NCBI GenBank assembly: GCA_015067185.1
Contig: SVMZ01000012.1
Location: forward strand, 2,928-66,927
Direction of reading: 5' to 3'
DNA from: Oscillospiraceae bacterium
GTDB taxonomy: Bacteria > Bacillota > Clostridia > Oscillospirales > Ruminococcaceae
DNA length: 64,000 nucleotides
The notes under the pieces were generated by a model. The model saw only the letters and a program-made list of their open reading frames with translations, searched no databases and was not told the origin of the DNA. Position numbers and translations under genes: made by a program. This document shows positions 52,405 through 60,936 of the stretch, piece by piece (the first letter of the stretch is position 1; each line of letters opens with the position of its first letter).

Positions 52405-53532
52405 GTGAATACGAAACGTGTATTTTTGATTGTACTTGACAGTTTTGGCATTGGTCATGCTTCGGATGCCGAAAAGTACGGTGATGCAGGCAGCAATACC
52501 CTTGCCGCGCTGATGCGGGAAAAGGGCTTCTCTCCCTGTAATTTGGCGAAGCTTGGGTTATTCAACATAGACGGCGTGGAAGCTGATGAAAGAGAGCCGT
52601 CTCCGGCAGGCGCGTTCGGAAGAATGCGGGAGCTTTCTGCCGGAAAAGATACCACCATCGGACACTGGGAGCTGGCGGGAATTGTCAGCGACCGCCCGCT
52701 GCCCACCTATCCGGACGGATTTCCGGAAGAAGTTATCGCAGAATTTGAGCAGCTCACCGGGCGGGGTGTCCTTTGCAACAAGCCTTATTCCGGCACAGAG
52801 GTAATCAAAGACTACGGCCGGGAACAGATTGAAAGCGGAAAGCTGATTGTATACACCTCTGCGGACAGCGTATTTCAGATTGCCGCTCATGAAAAATATA
52901 TCGGTCTGGAAGAGCTGTACCGCTGCTGTGAAGTTGCCCGTGATATGCTGCAGGGCGAGCACGGGGTAGGACGCGTGATCGCAAGACCGTATATCGGTGA
53001 ATATCCCGATTTTGTGCGCACCGCCAACAGGCATGATTATTCTCTTCTCCCCCCTGCACAAACACTGCCGGATATCCTGACCAAAGCGGGAAAGCAGGTG
53101 ATCTCCATAGGAAAAATCCATGATATTTTTGCCGGCAGAGGGATCACCCAGAGTTATCCCACCAAAGGCAATGCCGATGGTATGGCAAAAACAACTGCCA
53201 TTGCCAAAACGGATTTTAATGGTCTTTGCTTCGTTAATCTTGTGGATTTTGATTCTGTATACGGACACAGAAACGATGCAGAAGGATATGCCGCTGCCAT
53301 TATGGCGTTTGACCGCTGGCTGGGTGAATTTTTACCGGTACTCCGGGAAGATGATCTCCTGCTGATTACGGCGGATCACGGCTGTGATCCCTCCACCGAA
53401 AGTACCGATCATTCCCGGGAGTGTGTACCGCTGCTGCTCTACGGTAAAGGAATAACGGCGGGAGAAAATCTCGGAACACTGGATGGCTTTTTCCATGTAT
53501 CCCGGATTGTGCAGAATGCTCTTTTGGGATGA
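52405..53532 (+). CDS. deoB: phosphopentomutase
   Basis: KRVFLIVLDSFGIG, GKDTTIGHWE, DFDSVYGHRND, ITADHGCDP. GTG at 52405 lies 8 nt after AGGAG. Confidence 0.95.
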   Translation: MNTKRVFLIVLDSFGIGHASDAEKYGDAGSNTLAALMREKGFSPCNLAKLGLFNIDGVEADEREPSPAGAFGRMRELSAGKDTTIGHWELAGIVSDRPLPTYPDGFPEEVIAEFEQLTGRGVLCNKPYSGTEVIKDYGREQIESGKLIVYTSADSVFQIAAHEKYIGLEELYRCCEVARDMLQGEHGVGRVIARPYIGEYPDFVRTANRHDYSLLPPAQTLPDILTKAGKQVISIGKIHDIFAGRGITQSYPTKGNADGMAKTTAIAKTDFNGLCFVNLVDFDSVYGHRNDAEGYAAAIMAFDRWLGEFLPVLREDDLLLITADHGCDPSTESTDHSRECVPLLLYGKGITAGENLGTLDGFFHVSRIVQNALLG

Positions 53533-53557
53533 CCAGAAAATAAAAAGCTGAATAAAA

Positions 53558-53615
53558 GCAAAAAGCAGGAACATCATCGCAACCCGAAGATAACGATGGT
53601 ATTCCTGCTTTTTGC
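53558..53615. terminator. long bidirectional terminator hairpin shared by deoB and rnpB
   Basis: GCAAAAAGCAGGAA...TTCCTGCTTTTTGC: a 14-bp outer stem with an inner CATCATCG/CGATGGT-type extension and U-tracts on both strands. Confidence 0.7.
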
Positions 53616-53958
53616 TGCGACCAGACAATAAGCCGAGTTCTGTAATTGACGACAATCTATCTATTCCATTCGTCGCCGAATGGATAAAGCCATACTTTCG
53701 GAAGACGCCGGGCAAGCGTATCCTTCCACTTGATGTTGCTCCGGATAGGGTTTACAGGGCCGCACAGTCTCCTGTGCGCCGGTGAGCTCTTACCTCGCCT
53801 TTCCACCCTTACCACACGGCGAACCGCATGGCGGTATATCTCTGTTGCACTTTCCCTGGGGTCACCCCCGGCTGCCGTTAGCAGTTATCCTGCCCTGCGG
53901 AGCTCGGACTTTCCTCGTACACGGTCTCCCGTGCCCGCTGCCGTCTCGTCTGCTCGCA
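53614..53958 (-). ncRNA. rnpB: RNase P RNA (bacterial, type A-like architecture)
   Basis: The minus strand contains GAGGAAAGUCCGAGCUCC (P4 5' strand), GGGAAAGUGCAACAGA, GGUAAGGGUGGAAAGGCGAGGUAAGAGCUCACC, GUAAACCCUAUCCGGAGCAA and ACAGAACUCGGCUUA (P4 3' strand). The P1 pairing is GCGAGCAGAC/GUCUGGUCGC. A promoter lies directly upstream and a terminator downstream. Confidence 0.95.
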
Positions 53959-53964
53959 AGAACA

Positions 53965-53993
53965 ATTCTATCACAGTTTTGCGCACAGGTCAA
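53965..53993 (-). promoter_or_regulatory. rnpB promoter (TTGACC-17-TAGAAT with a TG extension)
   Basis: The reverse complement reads TTGACC tgtgcgcaaaactgTGa TAGAAT. The predicted TSS coincides with the start of helix P1. Confidence 0.65.
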
Positions 53994-54182
53994 GCGGAAA
54001 AGGGAAATCGCATCGTTTGTCCGCCGGCTGTTTCTTTCCTCAATATCTCTTGTTTTTGCACAAAGACAGCCTTCTCCCATCCTTGCTGCAAGTCCCTAAA
54101 ATAAAAAATTTTTATTCATTTTTTATATCTATTTCAAATAGTTTCTAATTCCTGAATGTTGCATATCTTTTTGCGAATAATC

Positions 54183-54212
54183 ATTGACCCCGTCAAAAGG
54201 TTAGTGTTATTA
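54183..54212 (+). promoter_or_regulatory. putative promoter of the seven-gene paralog array (TTGACC-18-TATTAT, extended -10 TGt)
   Basis: -35 at 54183-54188, TG at 54204-54205 and -10 at 54207-54212. It is the only promoter-like element before the array and lies in an AT-rich spacer. Confidence 0.5.
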
Positions 54213-54248
54213 TTATAGTAACATTTTTTATTAAAAGGGGTATTTGTT

Positions 54249-55562
54249 ATGAATCAACATCTCCTTGTCGGCGTTGGCCGTGAAATTGTAACTCCACCCA
54301 TCGGTGGCCTGCTTATGGGATACTCTCCACCCCGCGCCTCCGAAAGTGTCAACGATGACATTCATATCACTGCTTTTGCCTTCGAATACAACGGTGTCCG
54401 TTCCCTCATTGCCTCCGCCGAACTCTGCTCTTTGCGCGGCATTCAGATCAAGGATATTCTGGAAGCTGTTTCTGAATCTTCCGGCATTCCTGTGGGACGC
54501 ATCATTCTCAGCACTGTTCATACCCATTCCGCACCATATACACTGGTCTCTCCTGATGAAAGACCCAACTATATCTATGATCAGTTTATCCCCTCTGCCC
54601 GTAAGGCTGCTCTCGACGCCGTAAACTCTCTTCGTCCCGCAGTTATGGGGGTCGGCACCACCCAAAGCGATGTTGGTGTCAACCGCCGTGTCCTGCAGGA
54701 GGACGGAACTATTACCCACGGTCAGGATCCCACCGGCATCTACGATCCCACCATGACCATCATCTCCTTCCGTGAACCGGACGGCACCGCCATCGGCAAC
54801 CTCATTCACTACGGTGCCCACAACACCGCCTCCGGCATCAACACCGAAATCACCCGCGACTGGTGCGGTGTTGCCATCGACCGTCTGGAAGAACTCTCCG
54901 GCGGTGTCACCGCCTTTTTCAACGGCGGCGGCGGAGACTGCGGCCCCCGTCTTCCCAACGGAAGAACTACCGGCACACTAAAAGAGGCTCTGGAGCTGGG
55001 TGGACGCGCTGCCTCCGATGCCGTCCGTGCTTGGCGTTCCATCACCGAATGGCGGGAAGTGGACATGCACGTCCTCACTGATAATATTACCCTGCCCCTC
55101 CGCCCCTTTCCCCCACTGGAAGAGATGGAAGCCAAGCTGGCAGCCATGGGCGATCCCTCCAAACTGACCGGTCTCCGTGTCTCTGCACACCGCAACCTGA
55201 TCCAACGCATTGAGTATATTCGCTCCGGCGCCATACCTCCCACCACCTTTGATATACTCACCCCGGCCATTGCTGTCGGTCCCGTTGTCTTTCTTCCCAT
55301 CCCCTTCGAACCCTTCTCCATCATTCCGCTGCGCATCAAACAGTACAGTCCCTATCCTTATACCGTTTCCATCGGTTATGCTAACGGCGGCTATAGCTAT
55401 CTGCCTTCCATGGATCAGATCTGCCGCGGCGGTTATGAGGTGTGGATGTTCACCTCCATGAATCTCGTCCCCTTTGGCGATGAGTCGGAGCAATATTTTG
55501 TAACCGGCGCCACCCGCATGATCCGCGAGTTGTACCAGAAAACCCACGGCGACAGCCTTTAA
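54249..55562 (+). CDS. neutral/alkaline ceramidase N-terminal-domain-like hydrolase, paralog 1 (most divergent)
   Basis: LLVGVGREIVTPPIGGLLMGYS, VHTHSAP, VGVNRR, IHYGAHNTA, GGGGDCGPRL, IPFEPFS, RGGYEVWMFTS. No signal peptide. Confidence 0.85.
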   Translation: MNQHLLVGVGREIVTPPIGGLLMGYSPPRASESVNDDIHITAFAFEYNGVRSLIASAELCSLRGIQIKDILEAVSESSGIPVGRIILSTVHTHSAPYTLVSPDERPNYIYDQFIPSARKAALDAVNSLRPAVMGVGTTQSDVGVNRRVLQEDGTITHGQDPTGIYDPTMTIISFREPDGTAIGNLIHYGAHNTASGINTEITRDWCGVAIDRLEELSGGVTAFFNGGGGDCGPRLPNGRTTGTLKEALELGGRAASDAVRAWRSITEWREVDMHVLTDNITLPLRPFPPLEEMEAKLAAMGDPSKLTGLRVSAHRNLIQRIEYIRSGAIPPTTFDILTPAIAVGPVVFLPIPFEPFSIIPLRIKQYSPYPYTVSIGYANGGYSYLPSMDQICRGGYEVWMFTSMNLVPFGDESEQYFVTGATRMIRELYQKTHGDSL

Positions 55563-55586
55563 TTTACAAATAAAGGAGAATCAACT

Positions 55587-56903
55587 ATGAACAGCAAACT
55601 TCTTGTTGGTGTTGGTCGTCAGGATATTACACCCGGCATTGGTGCCGTTCTGCAGGGTTATGCCCCCGGCAGGCCTGCAGAATCCATCCACGATCACCTC
55701 AACCTCACAGCCTATGCTTTTGAGTATGAATCTTTGCGCTCCATTGTAGCAGCTGCAGACCTTCTGCTGCTCAGCGAGCCCTTTGTATCCGAAATCCGCC
55801 AGGCCATGGCAGAGGCCTCCGGTATCCCCTTTGACAATATTATCATCTGCACCACCCACACTCACTCCGGTCCCGTTACCAGACGCTCCCCCGGTGAGTA
55901 CCCGGTGGACAATGATTACCTTTACAATCATCTTGTTCCCGCTGCTGCCAAAGCCGCCGCAGATGCTGCCGCCTCTCTTCGCCCCGCCCTTGTCGGAATC
56001 GGTACCACCCACAGCGATGTGGGCATCAACCGCCGGCAAATCAACGAGGATGGTTCCATCTCTCTCGGACAAAACCCCTACGGCAGCTATGACCCCATCA
56101 TGACCGTCATTTCCTTTCGCGAACCGGACGGCAAGCCCATTGGCAACATGATCCACTACGGCGCCCATAACACAGCTTCCGGCAAAAATCCGGAGATCAC
56201 CCGCGACTGGTGCGGCGTTATGATCGATCGTCTGGAAGAACTCTCCGGCGGTATCACCGCTTTCTTCAACGGCTGCGAGGGCGACTGCGGTCCCCGCCTG
56301 CCCAGCGGCAAAACCACCGGCAACCTGCAGCAGGCACTGGAATTGGGCGGTCAGGCTGCTACCGATGCTGTCCGCGCCTGGTGTTCCATTAAAGAGTGGC
56401 GCTCCGATTTTGATATGCGTGTAATCAGCGGCACCGTACAGATGCCCCTGAAAAAGCCGGCTTCTCTCCCCGAACTGGAAGCGGAACTGGCCACCTTTGA
56501 AGATCCTTCTGCCATCTCCGGACTCAAACTCACCCATTACAAGGTGGTGCAGGAGCGAATAGAAGCTGTCAAATCCGGTATGCAGTTCAAGGATTTCTCC
56601 GATATGCCCATTTCCGTGGTGTCGGTCGGTCCTGTTGCTTTCCTTCCCATCCCCTTCGAGACCTTCTCTGTCATCACACTGCGCCTGCGCAAATACAGCC
56701 CCTTTACCCATACCCTTTCCCTGAGTAACGGCAACGGCTCTATTGAATACTTCCCCTCGCAGGATCAGCTGATCCGCGGTGGCTATGAGGTATGGATGTT
56801 CACCTCCATGAAGCTGCAGCCCTATGCCGACAACTCCGAACAGTGTTTTGTCTCCGGCTGTACCGAGTTGCTCAGAAAACTGAAAAACAATAAACCTTTA
56901 TGA
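55587..56903 (+). CDS. neutral/alkaline ceramidase N-terminal-domain-like hydrolase, paralog 2
   Basis: The same motif set (THTHSGP, INRR, HYGAHNTA, GCEGDCGPRL, IPFETFS, RGGYEVWMFTS). AAGGAG RBS. Confidence 0.85.
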   Translation: MNSKLLVGVGRQDITPGIGAVLQGYAPGRPAESIHDHLNLTAYAFEYESLRSIVAAADLLLLSEPFVSEIRQAMAEASGIPFDNIIICTTHTHSGPVTRRSPGEYPVDNDYLYNHLVPAAAKAAADAAASLRPALVGIGTTHSDVGINRRQINEDGSISLGQNPYGSYDPIMTVISFREPDGKPIGNMIHYGAHNTASGKNPEITRDWCGVMIDRLEELSGGITAFFNGCEGDCGPRLPSGKTTGNLQQALELGGQAATDAVRAWCSIKEWRSDFDMRVISGTVQMPLKKPASLPELEAELATFEDPSAISGLKLTHYKVVQERIEAVKSGMQFKDFSDMPISVVSVGPVAFLPIPFETFSVITLRLRKYSPFTHTLSLSNGNGSIEYFPSQDQLIRGGYEVWMFTSMKLQPYADNSEQCFVSGCTELLRKLKNNKPL

Positions 56904-56925
56904 TATCAGGGGGGAAACACGCACT

Positions 56926-58230
56926 ATGACTTCATCACTTTCTGTCGGCATCGGCCGTCAGGATATTACACCGCCACTTGGATCCTGGCTGATGGGCTAT
57001 GCCCCTGCCCGCCGTGCGGAATCGGTGGGTGATCCTCTTCACATCACTGTTTTTGCCTTTGAATATGCCGGTGTACGCTCTCTGCTTTCCACTGCGGATG
57101 TCTGTCTGATCGGCAATCCGCTCTCCACAGAGATCCGCCGGGAGATGTCTGCCGCCTCCGGTGTCCCCTTTGATCACATCATTCTCTCTGCCACCCACAC
57201 CCATTCCGGTCCTCCCATGCGTGCCACCGCCGGCGAAGCCCCCGTGGATCCGGAATATATCAACCAACTTTTTATTCCTGCCGCCAAAAAGGCGGCTGCC
57301 GAAGCGGTTGCTGCCCTGCGTCCCGCTTTGGTGGGGGTAGGTGAAATCCACAGCGATGTGGGTGTCAATCGCCGCGGTATCGCTCTTAATGGCAGCATTA
57401 CCTTGGGACAGGATCCCTATGGCACCTATGATCCCATCATGACCGTTGTCTCTTTCCGTGAACCGGACGGCAAAGCCATCGGTAACCTCATCCACTATGG
57501 CGCCCACAACACCGCTTCCGGCAAAAATCCGGAGATCACCCGCGACTGGTGCGGTGTTGCCATCGACCGTCTGGAGGCAGAATCCGGCGGCATCACCGCC
57601 TTCTTCAACGGCTGCGAAGGCGACACCGGCCCCCGTCTTCCCAACGGGCAGACTACCGGCAACTATCAGATGGCACAGGAACTGGGCGGACGTGCCGCCA
57701 TCGATGCCGTCAATGCCTGGCGCTCCATCAAAGAGTGGCGTGCCGATCTTCCCATGAAGGTCACCACAGAGGATATTACTCTCCCCCTGAAACCTCTTCC
57801 CGAAGAAGAAACACTCATACAGGAAATTGAATCACTGGGCGATCCCGAAAAGCTGGTCGGCCTTCATTATTCGGGTTATGCCCTCCTGCTTGACCGTCTT
57901 GAACTGATACGCAGCGGCGGCGGTAAACAATCCGAACCTGTCAGCACCACCGTCATTTCAGTCGGTCCCGTTGCTTTTCTTGCTGTCCCCTTTGAAGTTT
58001 TCTCCCGTATCACCCTTCGCATCAGGCAATACAGCCCCTATCCCTATACGCTCTCCCTCTCCAACGGTAACGGCAATCTCTTCTACTTCCCCTCTCAGGA
58101 TCAGCTGATCCGCGGCGGCTATGAAGTATGGCTGTTTACCTCTTTTAAAACGCAGCCCTTCGCCGATGATTCTGAGCAGCATTACGTTGTTGGTGCTGTT
58201 GATTTACTGAATAACCTGAATAAACAATAA
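56926..58230 (+). CDS. neutral/alkaline ceramidase N-terminal-domain-like hydrolase, paralog 3
   Basis: The same motif set, except GCEGDTGPRL in place of GDCGPRL. Confidence 0.85.
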   Translation: MTSSLSVGIGRQDITPPLGSWLMGYAPARRAESVGDPLHITVFAFEYAGVRSLLSTADVCLIGNPLSTEIRREMSAASGVPFDHIILSATHTHSGPPMRATAGEAPVDPEYINQLFIPAAKKAAAEAVAALRPALVGVGEIHSDVGVNRRGIALNGSITLGQDPYGTYDPIMTVVSFREPDGKAIGNLIHYGAHNTASGKNPEITRDWCGVAIDRLEAESGGITAFFNGCEGDTGPRLPNGQTTGNYQMAQELGGRAAIDAVNAWRSIKEWRADLPMKVTTEDITLPLKPLPEEETLIQEIESLGDPEKLVGLHYSGYALLLDRLELIRSGGGKQSEPVSTTVISVGPVAFLAVPFEVFSRITLRIRQYSPYPYTLSLSNGNGNLFYFPSQDQLIRGGYEVWLFTSFKTQPFADDSEQHYVVGAVDLLNNLNKQ

Positions 58231-58247
58231 AGCAAAGGAGCTTTTTC

Positions 58248-59555
58248 ATGTCCTCTTCTCTTATGGTTGGTATTGCCCGTCAGGATATCACCCCTCCCAT
58301 TGGTGCATGGCTGATGGGTTACGCCCCCGGCAGACGCGCCGAATCGGTTGGCGATCACCTCAATCTCACCGTTTATGCCTTTGAATCTGACGGTATCCGC
58401 TCTCTTGTTGCCACTGCCGATGTCTGCCTTATGGCTAATCCTCTCTATATCACTGTCCGTGAAGTAATGGCAGAAGCTTCCGGTGTCCCCTTTGATCACA
58501 TCATCATCTGCACCACCCACACCCATTCCGGTCCTGCACTCCGGGGAACTCCCGGCGGTGTCCCTCAGGATACAGAGTATATCGACCGCATCTTTCTTCC
58601 TGCCGCCAAAAAGGCGGCCGCTGAAGCTGTTGCTGTTCTGCGTCCCGCTTTGGTCGGTATTGGCGAAATCCACAGCGACGTGGGTGTCAACCGCCGCGGC
58701 ATGAAGCTTGACGGTTCCATTGTACTCGGACAGGATCCTCATGGCACCTATGACCCCATCATGACTGTCGTCTCTTTCCGTGAACCGGATGGTAAGCCCA
58801 TCGGCAACCTGATCCACTACGGCGCTCATAACACCGCCTGCGGTAAAAATCCGGAGATTTCCCGCGACTGGTGCGGTGTTGCTATTGACCGTCTGGAGGC
58901 AGAATCCGGCGGCATCACCGCTTTCTTCAACGGCTGTGAAGGAGACTGCGGCCCCCGTCTCGCCAACGGTCAAACCACCGGCAATTATCAGCTTGCTCTG
59001 GAACTGGGCGGACATGCTGCTATCGATGCCGTCAACGCCTGGCGCTCCATCAAGGAGTGGCGTGCCGATCTTCCCATGAAGGTTATTGCCGAAGATATCG
59101 CCCTTCCCTTTAAACCGATGCCTTCTGAAGCAGATCTTATTAAGGAAATAGAAACCATGGGCAATCCCGAAAATCTGGTAGGGCTTCAGGTTCTCTCCTA
59201 CAAAGCACTGCTTGGCAGACTGGAACTGATTCGTTCCGGCCAAAAAATTGAAAGTGAAAAACTTTTCCATACCACGGTGGTTTCCATCGGTCCCCTTGCC
59301 TTCTTCCCCATCCCCTTTGAAATTTTCTCCCGCATTACCCTTCGCATCCGTGAGTTCAGCCCCTATCCTTACACCCTTTCCCTCAGCAATGCCAACAATT
59401 CCAATTTCTACTTTCCCTCGATAGATCAGATCATCCGCGGCGGCTATGAAGTCTGGGCATTCACCTCTTTCAATGCCCAACCCTTCGCAGATGATTCCGA
59501 ACAACATCTTGTGGAAGGTGCTGTTCGCCTGCTGAACACATTAAATCAAAAATAA
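58248..59555 (+). CDS. neutral/alkaline ceramidase N-terminal-domain-like hydrolase, paralog 4
   Basis: The same motif set. AAGGAG RBS. Confidence 0.85.
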   Translation: MSSSLMVGIARQDITPPIGAWLMGYAPGRRAESVGDHLNLTVYAFESDGIRSLVATADVCLMANPLYITVREVMAEASGVPFDHIIICTTHTHSGPALRGTPGGVPQDTEYIDRIFLPAAKKAAAEAVAVLRPALVGIGEIHSDVGVNRRGMKLDGSIVLGQDPHGTYDPIMTVVSFREPDGKPIGNLIHYGAHNTACGKNPEISRDWCGVAIDRLEAESGGITAFFNGCEGDCGPRLANGQTTGNYQLALELGGHAAIDAVNAWRSIKEWRADLPMKVIAEDIALPFKPMPSEADLIKEIETMGNPENLVGLQVLSYKALLGRLELIRSGQKIESEKLFHTTVVSIGPLAFFPIPFEIFSRITLRIREFSPYPYTLSLSNANNSNFYFPSIDQIIRGGYEVWAFTSFNAQPFADDSEQHLVEGAVRLLNTLNQK

Positions 59556-59602
59556 TTATCCAATTATCCATTATTTTAATTACATAATAAGGAGAAATGA
59601 TT

Positions 59603-60910
59603 ATGTCCAGTACTTTGCTTGTCGGCGTTGGCCGCACTGATATCACCCCTCCCATCGGCGCATGGCTCATGGGATATACCCCAGCAAGACGCGCTGAATC
59701 CATCGGTGATCACCTCAATTTCACCGCATATGCTTTTGAATCTGACGGTGTTCGCTCCATCGTTGCCACCGCCGATGTCTGCCTCATGCGTGATCCTCTC
59801 GCCTCAGAGGTTCGTCAAGCAATGGCCAAAGCCTCCGGTGTCCCCTTTGAAAACATTATCCTCTCCACCACCCATACCCATTCCGGCCCCATTCTTCACG
59901 ATAGCATCGGCGGTGTTACCCCCGATCCCGACTACATGGAAAACACCCTGTTTGCCGGCGCTGCCAAAGCCTGCGTGGATGCCGTTGCAACACTTCGTCC
60001 CGCTCTCATGGGCATTGGAGAGATCCACAGTGATGTGGGCATCAACCGCCGTCAGATGCTGCAGGACGGCACGATCATCCTTGGACAGGATCCCCACGGC
60101 ACCTACGATCCCATCATGACCGTTGTCTCCTTCCGTGAGCCGGACGGCAAACCCATCGGCAATATCATTCACTATGGTGCCCACAACACCGGCTCCGGCA
60201 AAAACCCGGAGATTACCCGTGACTGGTGCGGCGTTGCCATCGACCGTCTGGAAGCAGAATCCGGCGGTATTACCTCCTTTTTCAACGGCTGTGAGGGTGA
60301 CTGCGGCCCCCGTCTCGCCAACGGCAAGACCACCGGTAACTATCAGCTGGCTTTGGAACTGGGCGGACGTGCCGCTATCGATGCCGTCAATGCCTGGCGC
60401 TCTATCAAAGAATGGCGTGCCGATCTTCCCATGAAAGTCATCACCGGCACCATCGAGATGCCTCTGAAAAAACTGCCTGCCCCGGAAACCCTTGAAAAGG
60501 AAATTGAAGCTCTGGGTGATCCCTCTCAGCTTCAGGGTCTGAACCTGACCTCTTACAACAGACTGAACGAGAGACTGGAATACATCCGCACCACAGAAGA
60601 GATCCCCACTACAGAGACCATCCAGACCACCGCTATCTCTGTCGGTCCTCTCGCCTTCTTCCCCATTCCCTTTGAAATTTTCTCCCGCATTACCCTGCGC
60701 ATCCGTGAATTCAGCCCCTATCCCTATACCCTCTCCCTCTCCAACGGCAACGGATCCCTTTTCTATTTCCCCTCCATGGATCAGCTCTGCCGCGGCGGTT
60801 ACGAAGTCTGGCTGTTCACCTCCTTTAAAATTCATCCCTTTGCCGATACTGCTGAACAGTACTATGTAGACGGTGCTGTTAAGATTCTTCGTGACCTCAA
60901 TGACAAATAA
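59603..60910 (+). CDS. neutral/alkaline ceramidase N-terminal-domain-like hydrolase, paralog 5
   Basis: The same motif set. The ATG at 59603 lies 7 nt after AAGGAG; the ORF-track start at 59597 is too close to the RBS. Confidence 0.85.
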   Translation: MSSTLLVGVGRTDITPPIGAWLMGYTPARRAESIGDHLNFTAYAFESDGVRSIVATADVCLMRDPLASEVRQAMAKASGVPFENIILSTTHTHSGPILHDSIGGVTPDPDYMENTLFAGAAKACVDAVATLRPALMGIGEIHSDVGINRRQMLQDGTIILGQDPHGTYDPIMTVVSFREPDGKPIGNIIHYGAHNTGSGKNPEITRDWCGVAIDRLEAESGGITSFFNGCEGDCGPRLANGKTTGNYQLALELGGRAAIDAVNAWRSIKEWRADLPMKVITGTIEMPLKKLPAPETLEKEIEALGDPSQLQGLNLTSYNRLNERLEYIRTTEEIPTTETIQTTAISVGPLAFFPIPFEIFSRITLRIREFSPYPYTLSLSNGNGSLFYFPSMDQLCRGGYEVWLFTSFKIHPFADTAEQYYVDGAVKILRDLNDK

Positions 60911-60936
60911 TCTATCAACTTTGGAGGAATTTTATT

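Noticed and set aside
53730-54104. 124-aa, 105-aa and 72-aa ORFs in the deoB-array spacer
   Set aside because: They overlap the RNase P RNA gene and its promoter, so they are non-coding.
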